A DNA stretch of 26,201 nt, taken from a virus (Duplodnaviria > Caudoviricetes). The position numbers and the translations under genes were made by a program. Below are positions 17,700-26,200 of the stretch, one piece after another; the first letter of the stretch is position 1, and the number at the start of each line of letters is the position of its first letter. The notes below the pieces were generated by a model. It was not told where the DNA came from, made no database searches, and worked only from the letters and a program-made list of their open reading frames with translations. The DNA is taken from positions 1 through 26,201 of IMG/VR virus record IMGVR_UViG_3300020403_002640; one strand, written 5' to 3'.

Positions 17700-18297
17700 A
17701 ACTTATGACGGCTCTCAAGATTTAACAGAATTTTTTCAAGAAGCAGAAAAGAAAAGATATTTTAACAATAGTAATCCGGACATACTGCTTTCTACTTTAA
17801 AAGACGTTGACGAAGCAACATTGTTTCTTTTATACAATCACAATAAAATTGTTGGTTGTGTTGTATCACACAAATTGAGTGACTTAGGCATTTTAGGAAT
17901 AAATGCTTATAGAATAGGAGCAAGAATTTGTATGTTAGGACACTTAGTACAAGGTGAACGCAATCATAATTCACTAAGAAATTTACGTGGAGCACCTCGT
18001 CCTCATGATCATCCTAGTGCTCAATTCTTAATTCCTGCTTGCATAGAACATTGTGGTAGAGAAAATCCTTTATACATCAGCACACATCCTAGTCCTATTG
18101 CTAAACAAAGAGCAGTACACACAAGATGGGCACCTGAATGGCGTAAACAAGGTTTTTTAGAAGAACCAATAGAATTAGAATATAGAGGCACTTTTCAAAG
18201 TTTTTGGAAATTTAAAGTAAATGCTTATTATGAAGAAATGAAAGACGAACGTTGGCCAGAAGCAGAAAAAATTATACCAATTCTCGACACAATTTAA
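17686..18297 (+). CDS. Putative GNAT-fold acyltransferase-like protein
   Basis: LFLLYNHNKIVGCVVSH beta-hairpin, YRIGARIC strand and LYIST...KQGF pattern. The ORF is solid; the fold call is tentative. Confidence 0.55.
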   Translation: MWQIETYDGSQDLTEFFQEAEKKRYFNNSNPDILLSTLKDVDEATLFLLYNHNKIVGCVVSHKLSDLGILGINAYRIGARICMLGHLVQGERNHNSLRNLRGAPRPHDHPSAQFLIPACIEHCGRENPLYISTHPSPIAKQRAVHTRWAPEWRKQGFLEEPIELEYRGTFQSFWKFKVNAYYEEMKDERWPEAEKIIPILDTI

Positions 18298-19642
18298 AAA
18301 AATCTTCCATTTCAGGAAAGACTGTTTCATGATTTACATTTCTCCGACGTCCTTGTTCAGCAAAATAATTATGAAAATCTTTTCTACCTAGCATTAACTT
18401 TTCAGGTTCGTATTCTGTTTTTTCCATATAATCTACTACTCGTCTAAATTTTTCATATTCCATTGTAGTAAAAGCATCTTTCCTTTTATCATCTAAATTT
18501 TCTTTAATAAATTGCAAATGATTTTTCATATACTTCACATAAGATTTTGGTAATATGTTTATGTCATATTGTAAAGGTTCTTTAAGATAAGGCGTATCAA
18601 AACTTATTCTGTTCCACCTAAAAGTTTCAACATCATTATACTTTGCACGCCATTCTAAAATTTTTTCAAGTAATGTTTGGAAAGTTGTAACACAAAATAT
18701 ATTGAAGGTTATCATAAATGTCACAGGAGCAGTTGTATTTTTCATAAAATAATCTAAATTGCGTTCAAATACATTTATATCTAATCCATCTCTAATATAC
18801 TCAGCACGTTTTCCCCAAGTATCTATACTTGTAAAAAGTTTAAATCTCCTAATTTTTTTATTTGTTAATAAATTATTAACATTGTCAGTAAACTTTTCTA
18901 GTTGTTTTGGCTTTCCTCCAAAGTTACTATTTACATCAAGTTCTAATTTAGGTTGCGGATTTTTATCCAAATAATCAAATAATTTATATGTACTACGTTG
19001 CATAGTAGGCTCTCCGCCAGTAATACGCAAAATGGTCAATTCTTTACTTAATTCAGGCCACCATTTCCAAAAGGCATCAAGATATGGATTGTTTTCTTCT
19101 TCATAGATATCAAACCAATTTATATCACATCTATGATTCTTTACATTTGTGTAAGGTCCATGTGTTTTTATTTCATTATAAAATCTACTGCTGGCTTTAG
19201 GATGACAATAACCACAACGAAAATTGCACTCATTGCCAAAACTAACTTCTAAATATTCTGGATTAACATTAAAATCTGCTCCACCTTTTTTAACATCATT
19301 TAATCTTTTTTCATTGTATATACTGCTACTTCTAGTTTTCCGATCACTTATATAATCTGGACCCATATTCTCAACATTCCAACAATACTGACAACCACTA
19401 GGTTTTTGCCCGTTAAGCATTGCTTGACGTTCTATAATTTTTTGTTTTGTGTTATGTATTGCACTAGGATTTGTTTTTATTTCGTCAACATCTATTTTAT
19501 GTGGTGCAGGATGGTAACAACTATGTGTTTCACCTGTTTGAAAATAGATGTTTGCATGATACCATTTTGCAAAACAAAATGTAGGAGAAATTTCCTTATC
19601 CGTATATTTTGTTATACGAACGGCTTCATCTCTTTCGTTCAT
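18272..19642 (-). CDS. Radical SAM protein with N-terminal twitch-type Fe-S domain
   Basis: CNFRCGYC, ITGGEP, VNSN and FTSID; N-terminal FCFAKW...HSCYHP...CQYC. Confidence 0.93.
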   Translation of the reverse strand: MNERDEAVRITKYTDKEISPTFCFAKWYHANIYFQTGETHSCYHPAPHKIDVDEIKTNPSAIHNTKQKIIERQAMLNGQKPSGCQYCWNVENMGPDYISDRKTRSSSIYNEKRLNDVKKGGADFNVNPEYLEVSFGNECNFRCGYCHPKASSRFYNEIKTHGPYTNVKNHRCDINWFDIYEEENNPYLDAFWKWWPELSKELTILRITGGEPTMQRSTYKLFDYLDKNPQPKLELDVNSNFGGKPKQLEKFTDNVNNLLTNKKIRRFKLFTSIDTWGKRAEYIRDGLDINVFERNLDYFMKNTTAPVTFMITFNIFCVTTFQTLLEKILEWRAKYNDVETFRWNRISFDTPYLKEPLQYDINILPKSYVKYMKNHLQFIKENLDDKRKDAFTTMEYEKFRRVVDYMEKTEYEPEKLMLGRKDFHNYFAEQGRRRNVNHETVFPEMEDFFKLCRELV

Positions 19643-20562
19643 CCAATTTCCTTATCAATAAACTTAGGATTTCTCACTGGATTTTTATATACAGTTTTGA
19701 AGAATCTACTTCCTCCTGCATCTAAAGGTCTGACACCAATCGGAATCTCAAGGTTATTAATTAATTCGTCTCCTAAATTTTCTATGTGTGTATCAATATT
19801 ATTTTCGTCTATTTTATTCTTTATTTCTTTCCAATAATTATTAAGATATTCAAAATCTCTAACATTTACATAATCCCAATTAGACAGCATAGTTTTCACA
19901 AGTCCTTCTCTTGCTCCAAAAATTGCCCACTTTCCATTTTCAACATCTGCTCCTATCATTAACCAAATGTAAAGCCTATGCATGTTCTTCCAATGATTAT
20001 TTTTGAAATCTTCTATTTCAGGTTTTACACCTTGATCAAGGGCCATTTTCACACCCTCTCTAAAACCTGCACGCCAGGCTTGTTGCGGAGTAGCATTATT
20101 ATATACATCACTAAAAATACCATTCATTTGAATGTAATCTAAATCCCAACAAAAATCAACTTGTGCATGAGGATTATCAGGATCAGCATTTTCATGTGTT
20201 TTCATACTTAATACATGTTTTTTAGGCCAACATTTTATACCACCATTTCCATAACTTAACCCATTTATTTGATTTAAGGCAGTCCAACTTATAACCTTAT
20301 CTGTCAAATCAAATTCACTTAAATTTGCTTCCTGCATTAAAAAATCTTCGCGGATTCTGTTATCACCATCTATTGTAATAAATCTATCTGTTTCACTAAG
20401 TTCTGCACATGCTTTGTGTGCTGAATCAGATCCTTCTACTCCATGTACCCTTTTTGCCCAAGGAACCTTACTACATAAATCAGAATAGTTTTGTTCTGCA
20501 TTAGGTTCATCATACGACAAATAAATTATATCATGATCTATCACCCGGAATATATCAGTCAT
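19639..20562 (-). CDS. GT-A fold glycosyltransferase-like protein
   Basis: DIIYLSYDEP...AKRVHGVEG..AHKACA..TDRFITIDGD (DxD), NGLSYGNGG and WRAGFRE. Paralog of 13457-14494. Confidence 0.75.
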   Translation of the reverse strand: MTDIFRVIDHDIIYLSYDEPNAEQNYSDLCSKVPWAKRVHGVEGSDSAHKACAELSETDRFITIDGDNRIREDFLMQEANLSEFDLTDKVISWTALNQINGLSYGNGGIKCWPKKHVLSMKTHENADPDNPHAQVDFCWDLDYIQMNGIFSDVYNNATPQQAWRAGFREGVKMALDQGVKPEIEDFKNNHWKNMHRLYIWLMIGADVENGKWAIFGAREGLVKTMLSNWDYVNVRDFEYLNNYWKEIKNKIDENNIDTHIENLGDELINNLEIPIGVRPLDAGGSRFFKTVYKNPVRNPKFIDKEIG

Positions 20563-21103
20563 CTATCACCTCATAATTGTATTTGCTGAATCTTTTTATA
20601 GTATACAATGAAACGTCTGTATTGTCAAATTCAAAATTACTATTAAAACTTATCATAAAATCATCTTCTTTTTTAAAATTTAACACCTTATACAATATGT
20701 TAGGATCATATTTTTTTGTTACACTAAAACCTTTTTGTGCTTGTACTATTGCGTTTTTATCATTTTTTAATTCTTCACTCAATTTTAGTTTCCATTTTTT
20801 TTGCACATTATCCTTAATAATAGTTATGTCTGGAGAAATATTATTAGTTTCCAATTCATGTACAAATACCTGATATTTACTCCTTTCATGTAAATTATGA
20901 TTATCAATAATTTTATATTTCTTTTCCTCAAAGTCATAAATTACTTTGTGATCAATCAAACGGTCGGTTCCATCGAGAAATCCTAAAATGTTGTGCAATT
21001 CTACTTGTAAATTATTTAGATTATCATCTTTTTCTAAAGATATTTTTGAAATATCTCCATCGTCTGTAAAACATATATATCTAATAGTTGATACTTCTAA
21101 CAT
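20555..21103 (-). CDS. Hypothetical protein
   Basis: 182-aa ORF that abuts the upstream stop and overlaps the downstream start. Confidence 0.78.
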   Translation of the reverse strand: MLEVSTIRYICFTDDGDISKISLEKDDNLNNLQVELHNILGFLDGTDRLIDHKVIYDFEEKKYKIIDNHNLHERSKYQVFVHELETNNISPDITIIKDNVQKKWKLKLSEELKNDKNAIVQAQKGFSVTKKYDPNILYKVLNFKKEDDFMISFNSNFEFDNTDVSLYTIKRFSKYNYEVIDD

Positions 21104-21946
21104 TTAAATTCCTAAATATTTTTCATAAATTTTTATAAAATTGTCTTTACAAAAATCTTTTTCTGTGTAATGAAATATTCCGCTTTGTTTGTAATTGCCT
21201 ATTTTCAAAACTAAATCTTCTGTCAAATATACACCCACCATGTCTTGCCATCTACCAGATGTTGAATTTTGCCAACCTTGTAAAGCACATTTCATATGCA
21301 CAAAACTAGGAAATTTTGCTTTACTATTAGTAATTACATCTTCGCAATCTAAAATTTTTGCTGTTATACCAGCAGTTAAATCCATGCTTGCACTTTTCTG
21401 ATAAGTTTTTCCGCCAGCATATTTTTTATAAAACAATTGATAATTATTTGTTATCATCTCCATCCATTTATAAAATTCGTGTGCAAAATCATTCTCAGAA
21501 AAATAATGAAATCCAGAAAACAAATCAGGTATATTGTACTTTGAAAAAACTTGTCTATACATACTATTTACGATTAATTCTCCTCTATATGTATAGGTTT
21601 TACTTGTATAATATAATTCATATTTTTTTAAAAAATCAAACCAAGTGGATAAATCTTGTAATACAAGCATATCACTATCTAAAACTACAGTACCTTCTTT
21701 ATAAGGAGTTGCATGATATATTTTCCATCTGTTGTGTATTTTCCATTCAAAATCTTTAGCATGATCACCCCAAGGAAAGTCTACAATATCATCAAACACT
21801 TGTTTGTATTTTTCATTTACTTTTTCATTTGTGATTAAACATACTTTAGAATTACTATTTGTGGACTTGATACTTAAAGCACACAGGTATGCTTGTTTTA
21901 CATAATCATCATTATTATTTTGTGCAAGTATAGTAAAATTATTCAT
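21104..21946 (-). CDS. Glycosyltransferase-like protein (GT-A, GT8-like)
   Basis: DYVKQAYLCALSIK, CLITN, FDDIV, TPY..TVVLDSDMLV (DxD), FSGFHYF and FVHMK. Confidence 0.78.
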   Translation of the reverse strand: MNNFTILAQNNNDDYVKQAYLCALSIKSTNSNSKVCLITNEKVNEKYKQVFDDIVDFPWGDHAKDFEWKIHNRWKIYHATPYKEGTVVLDSDMLVLQDLSTWFDFLKKYELYYTSKTYTYRGELIVNSMYRQVFSKYNIPDLFSGFHYFSENDFAHEFYKWMEMITNNYQLFYKKYAGGKTYQKSASMDLTAGITAKILDCEDVITNSKAKFPSFVHMKCALQGWQNSTSGRWQDMVGVYLTEDLVLKIGNYKQSGIFHYTEKDFCKDNFIKIYEKYLGI

Positions 21947-22760
21947 TGATTACCCGTTCTAAACTAAATTTATTCATTACGTGTATATTACTACCTTTTA
22001 CTTTAGAAAAAATATATTGTCCTGGATATCCTTGTTTTTCAAGAAGAATTTTTACCTCATCGTTTTTTATACTATGCAAAATATCTCTATCAATACTATA
22101 ATACATTTTTCCCGGCATTTCTTTTGCAAAATCACCATCTTGATATCCATTCATAATATGAATAGCAATACTAAAAGAAAAATCATTTCTATATGTAGTA
22201 TTTGAAATTTGAAAAACACCTCTATAATGATCCCAATGCTCTTTTATATGTTTTACTAAATTAAAAAATTTTTCATTAGTATCATTTTTTCTAAAAAATA
22301 AACAAGTAGCCCAATAAAAATTTATACCAGTATCACTTATAAATTTAAATTCATATTGAGGTAGCCAATTAGATAAAGGATAAGAATTTTTGTAAATTTG
22401 AAAATTATGATCCATTTTAAAACATTCTAAAAATACTTTATTACACACTACATAATCAGTATCCAAAACTAGTGTTTCTTCATATGGTGTTAATTTATAA
22501 ACATCTTCCCTGCTTGAATTTTTAAAATTACAAATTCTTTTAGATAGTGTACCGTCATAATATCTTTTTTTATTTTGGTCAGCAGAATCATTTATAGTAA
22601 TTACATTGTCAAAATTAAAATTGCCTTTATATTCTTTATTGGTAATTAAAGTAGTAGGCAAATCTAAATAATCTTTTACACGTTTTGCAGTAAATTCTGC
22701 TTGTTTAATGTAATCAATAATTCCATTATTTTGTGCAAGTAAAACTACACCTTGACTCAT
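21939..22760 (-). CDS. Glycosyltransferase-like protein (GT-A, GT8-like), tandem paralog
   Basis: DYIKQA, TLITN, FDNVI, LTPYEETLVLDTDYVV (DxD), RNDFSFSIA and IHVMNK. Confidence 0.78.
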   Translation of the reverse strand: MSQGVVLLAQNNGIIDYIKQAEFTAKRVKDYLDLPTTLITNKEYKGNFNFDNVITINDSADQNKKRYYDGTLSKRICNFKNSSREDVYKLTPYEETLVLDTDYVVCNKVFLECFKMDHNFQIYKNSYPLSNWLPQYEFKFISDTGINFYWATCLFFRKNDTNEKFFNLVKHIKEHWDHYRGVFQISNTTYRNDFSFSIAIHIMNGYQDGDFAKEMPGKMYYSIDRDILHSIKNDEVKILLEKQGYPGQYIFSKVKGSNIHVMNKFSLERVINE

Positions 22761-23104
22761 AGATCCATAATTCCCTTTACTGATCTATTTGCTTTGAGAT
22801 TATTGTATTCTACAAGATAACTATTTGCAGATTTCCAATATACATTAACTAATTCATCTGCAAATGATTGTAAATCTTCTATTTTTATTGGAGTATCATT
22901 ATCATCAATAAGTATAGTATCTGTTTGTCCTAAAGATAATAAACTTTGACAAAAACTTATAATTTGTTGTGTGACTGTAAATTGTCCACCATTAAAATAA
23001 TGGATAATATTTTCTTTGTATTTTTCCTTAAGCAAACGTTTTTGATTGTTCATTGTAACCATTAGGTTACTAATATCTAATGCTTGTTCTAATTTTTCAT
23101 CCAT
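22757..23104 (-). CDS. Hypothetical protein, first gene of the glycosyltransferase operon
   Basis: 115 aa, AGGAG SD at 23111-23115, and ATGA coupling to the next gene. Confidence 0.8.
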   Translation of the reverse strand: MDEKLEQALDISNLMVTMNNQKRLLKEKYKENIIHYFNGGQFTVTQQIISFCQSLLSLGQTDTILIDDNDTPIKIEDLQSFADELVNVYWKSANSYLVEYNNLKANRSVKGIMDL

Positions 23105-23127
23105 AAAACACTCCTAAAGTTACATAT

Positions 23128-23156
23128 AGTATATAACAGTTTTGCGTAAAAGTCAA
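23128..23156 (-). promoter_or_regulatory. Sigma70-type promoter
   Basis: Minus strand TTGACT (23156-23151), 17-nt spacer, TATACT (23133-23128), upstream of the SD and ATG at 23104. Confidence 0.75.
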
Positions 23157-23173
23157 TTATTATCTGAATTATT

Positions 23174-24166
23174 TTATAGATCGTCTTGTCTAAAAATTGA
23201 AGGAGCGGTCTGTACAATCCCTTGTATAGTAGTAGGCGAACCGCCTGTGTAAGTTACTTGAAAAGTGCTTGACGGAGTAAGATATGATTGTTGACTAACT
23301 AATGTTCCTGTTACATCTTCATCTATTGGATCTCCATGTATAGGATCTGTACCACCATCTAAATCTCGAAATCTTATTTTCATTATGAAATTGCTGGTTG
23401 TAACAAATTGGCCTTTTATCTCCAATAAATTATCATTATAAACACTATTGATACCACCACCATATTTTTGATATAGTAATCTTTCTGTTCCTGCTTCTAA
23501 TTGCGCCTCATTCCAACTTGATCCTGATCCAACACTAGCAGAACTAGATGTTACATAATTTAAACCTTGTTTTTTGAAAGTAATTGTTCCTATGTCAGAT
23601 AATAAATCTTGCCAATCTTTATCTTTTGATCCTGCAACACCAGATTGTCCGCCACTTAATGAGCCGCTAAATTTTACAGTCCCACCAGCATTGAACCAAT
23701 AATCTCTGGCTGTATCAGATGCCCATGTATATCTTTCTGTATGTTCTATAGTATTATTCCAGGCAGTGGTTCTAGTAGCAGAAGTAGTTTGTAAAGTAAA
23801 ACTACCACTGGCAAAATCTGTAGAACCATTATTAATTTGTGTTTGAAAGTTATTTACTGAGTTTGCTATATCATACAAACCTTGCACATCTCCTGAATCT
23901 CCAAAATGACTCCAGAAAATAGTGTCTCCAGGATCTAATGTTTGAACATTTACAGAATTACTAATAGCCTGATTTTGGTGATTAAATCCTGCCTGACAAT
24001 CTAAAAATAAATTTATTACGTCAGTACTTTGTATTAAGTCTGTTGGACTTTTTGCCGCAGATACTAGAGTTCTACCATATCCACTTGCACCTGTACCTAT
24101 AATACTATCTATTAAAGTTCTTATATTGTTATAATCTGTAGCATTAATTACACTTCCTACTGCCAT
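23174..24166 (-). CDS. Putative virion structural (tail-associated) protein
   Basis: S/T/G/N-rich, follows the fibre gene, and is a paralog of 24223-25116 (WFNAGG.VKFSGSL, DW..LL..IGTITF, DEDVTGTL). Confidence 0.7.
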   Translation of the reverse strand: MAVGSVINATDYNNIRTLIDSIIGTGASGYGRTLVSAAKSPTDLIQSTDVINLFLDCQAGFNHQNQAISNSVNVQTLDPGDTIFWSHFGDSGDVQGLYDIANSVNNFQTQINNGSTDFASGSFTLQTTSATRTTAWNNTIEHTERYTWASDTARDYWFNAGGTVKFSGSLSGGQSGVAGSKDKDWQDLLSDIGTITFKKQGLNYVTSSSASVGSGSSWNEAQLEAGTERLLYQKYGGGINSVYNDNLLEIKGQFVTTSNFIMKIRFRDLDGGTDPIHGDPIDEDVTGTLVSQQSYLTPSSTFQVTYTGGSPTTIQGIVQTAPSIFRQDDL

Positions 24167-24187
24167 TTAACCTTCCTTTAATATGCT

Positions 24188-24216
24188 ATTATAATATACT
24201 TATCTAAAAAAGTCAA
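24188..24216 (-). promoter_or_regulatory. Sigma70-type promoter with nested TAAGTA motif
   Basis: Minus strand TTGACT (24216-24211), 17-nt spacer containing ATAAGTA, TATAAT (24193-24188); AGGAAGG SD-like sequence before the ATG at 24166. Confidence 0.75.
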
Positions 24217-24222
24217 GTATAA

Positions 24223-25116
24223 TCATGCTAACGTAACTAAATTAGTTGCAGTTGGCGATTCGGAAGACACGTAAACACCTGTAGATCTAAATTGAGAAAT
24301 TGTGCTAGAAAGAGTGCCTGACACAGATTCATCGGCGCCTCCACTAGCATCATCTTGAAAAATAACTTTAAAAGTAATTGTTGTACTGTTAGTTAATTTT
24401 GCACTAATTGTGTAATCATTTGATTCGTACACCGAACCTACTCCGCCTGCTTTTGTAAAAATTTGTTGATAAGATGAAGTCAAATCATAATTACCAATAC
24501 TCGTTCCTGTGCCTGTGCCAGTACTAACAGTTGATGTATGGTTAAACTTTATAGTTCCCATATTATTAAGCATATTTTGCCAATTTAAACTCTTAGAAGC
24601 ACTTGCTCCTGAACCTGGAATTCCTGTCAATGAAGATGCAAATCTTATTTCGCCTCCTGCATTAAAAAAACCTCTTCTGTTGTTTTCACTAGTCCATATT
24701 ATTGAGAATTCGTGAGTACAACTTTGAGGATCAGCGGCGCCTCCCCATATAGCAGTCCTTGTACTAGCATTACCAAAAGACTCTACAGCGGCCTGACCGG
24801 TTCCAACAACCAATTTATCATTTTCTATACTTGAAATAAGATTTTCATATGCTACATGTAATGCTTCTGTAATATCTGCTTCTGTTGCAACAGTATTAAT
24901 TGTACCTGGTACAGCCGCAGTTTGATGAATTCTTGTTTTATTATAATCTGTATGGAGATTATTCATATCTTCAGCAGTGACAGTTTTTCCTACTGGCACT
25001 TGTGAACTTGTTACTGTTTGATTATATCCAGTATCTCCAGAACCTATTCCTAATATATTATCTATTCTGCCCTGTAGAACATTGTATCTAGATGCTGATA
25101 TAACCTGATTAACCAT
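24223..25116 (-). CDS. Putative virion structural (tail-associated) protein
   Basis: S/T/G-rich, 4 bp downstream of the fibre gene, and a paralog of 23174-24166 (FFNAGGEIRFASSL, NW.NML.NMGTIKF, DESVSGTL). Confidence 0.72.
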   Translation of the reverse strand: MVNQVISASRYNVLQGRIDNILGIGSGDTGYNQTVTSSQVPVGKTVTAEDMNNLHTDYNKTRIHQTAAVPGTINTVATEADITEALHVAYENLISSIENDKLVVGTGQAAVESFGNASTRTAIWGGAADPQSCTHEFSIIWTSENNRRGFFNAGGEIRFASSLTGIPGSGASASKSLNWQNMLNNMGTIKFNHTSTVSTGTGTGTSIGNYDLTSSYQQIFTKAGGVGSVYESNDYTISAKLTNSTTITFKVIFQDDASGGADESVSGTLSSTISQFRSTGVYVSSESPTATNLVTLA

Positions 25117-25120
25117 TTAT

Positions 25121-26200
25121 CTATACCTTCAAAACACATTCAATTAATTTTTCGCCATCATCTTCACTTGCTTCTAAAGCCATTCCTACTAATGCTACAA
25201 TGCCTGCTTCTTCTTGTGAACATACTCCATCTTTCCAAGCATATACTGCCTGGCCTTTTGCTACTCGACCTTTTACTCTAACAGGTACTCTTCCTTTTAA
25301 AGCAATCGCTTGTCCGTCTATATCTTTGTTCATTAAATATGCAGGATTTTCTGATATTACACCTATACATACATGATTTGAACTGGCAGGTGCCGCTTCA
25401 TAATCAGCACTATCACTTATAAACATTGCAGTTCCTACCGGATGGTCTTTTTCAACTGTATATTTTTCTGCTAAGTCGGCATACCTTGCCTGTGTTGCAG
25501 TACCCGTAAAAACATTAGCCGCCATGTTACCACTACTATCTCTTGCGGCAACAGTATTAGCAGTATTTGCGGTGGTTGCAGTTAGATAACTACTCCCTAC
25601 TTTTAAAGAATCTGATTGTGTAGCAGTACCAGTAAATGTTGTTGCATGTACGTTTGCCCATACATTACCACTTACACCTAAGGTATAAAGATTATTTGCA
25701 CCTGGTACAATACCTCTTGTTCCACCTACACCTGCATTTTCTAAAATTGCAATTACATCAGGACTTCCAGGAGTATCACTTGCTCCAAAATTAATTTTTG
25801 AACCTACTTGATTTGAAATATTACCTTCATTGCTATTAGTAATATTTACAAGTAAATCATTTCCTGCACCAACTGTATATCCTACATCATTAAAACTTAC
25901 AGGAGTACTTGCTGGATTAAATGAGGTATTATTAGAAGTAAGGAAGTTTGATGCATCTGTTCCGCCTAATTTTAGTGCATTTGATGCGGAACCCCAAATA
26001 ATAGGTTCTCCTGCACTACCTGCTCCTGTTGTGACGCCATTTGTAGAACTTTTTGTTTTTGCAAGTGTAATGCCTCTTTTTACAACATCAAAATCTGCCA
26101 ATGAGGGTGTTGTAGCGTCTTGTGTTGTTCTAATAGTAAACTCTGTTGCACTAACAATATATTGAACACCTGAATCTATAATGCCTAAAATTACCGGACG
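25121..26200 (-). CDS. Tail fibre-like protein with C-terminal intramolecular chaperone/autocleavage-like domain, 5'-truncated
   Basis: The frame is open to the window edge (RPVILGIIDSG...), so the TTG at 26101 is internal. Motifs YTLGVSGNVWANVHA, FTGTATQ twice, ARYADLAEKY, IGVISENPAYLMN and IALKGRVPVRV. Confidence 0.82.
   Translation of the reverse strand, partial: RPVILGIIDSGVQYIVSATEFTIRTTQDATTPSLADFDVVKRGITLAKTKSSTNGVTTGAGSAGEPIIWGSASNALKLGGTDASNFLTSNNTSFNPASTPVSFNDVGYTVGAGNDLLVNITNSNEGNISNQVGSKINFGASDTPGSPDVIAILENAGVGGTRGIVPGANNLYTLGVSGNVWANVHATTFTGTATQSDSLKVGSSYLTATTANTANTVAARDSSGNMAANVFTGTATQARYADLAEKYTVEKDHPVGTAMFISDSADYEAAPASSNHVCIGVISENPAYLMNKDIDGQAIALKGRVPVRVKGRVAKGQAVYAWKDGVCSQEEAGIVALVGMALEASEDDGEKLIECVLKV

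Noticed and set aside
8833-25120. tRNAs, structured ncRNAs and rho-independent terminators in intergenic gaps
   Set aside because: All gaps are under about 70 bp and AT-rich, and I found no convincing GC-rich stem-loop or cloverleaf by eye.
1498-26165. Many short opposite-strand ORFs in the track (for example 1498-1728, 2316-2702, 19406-19837, 21358-21759, 25830-26165, 16568-16753, 17792-17995)
   Set aside because: They lie antisense within well-supported genes, lack SD sites and motifs, and have the F/L/I/S-rich composition of shadow frames.
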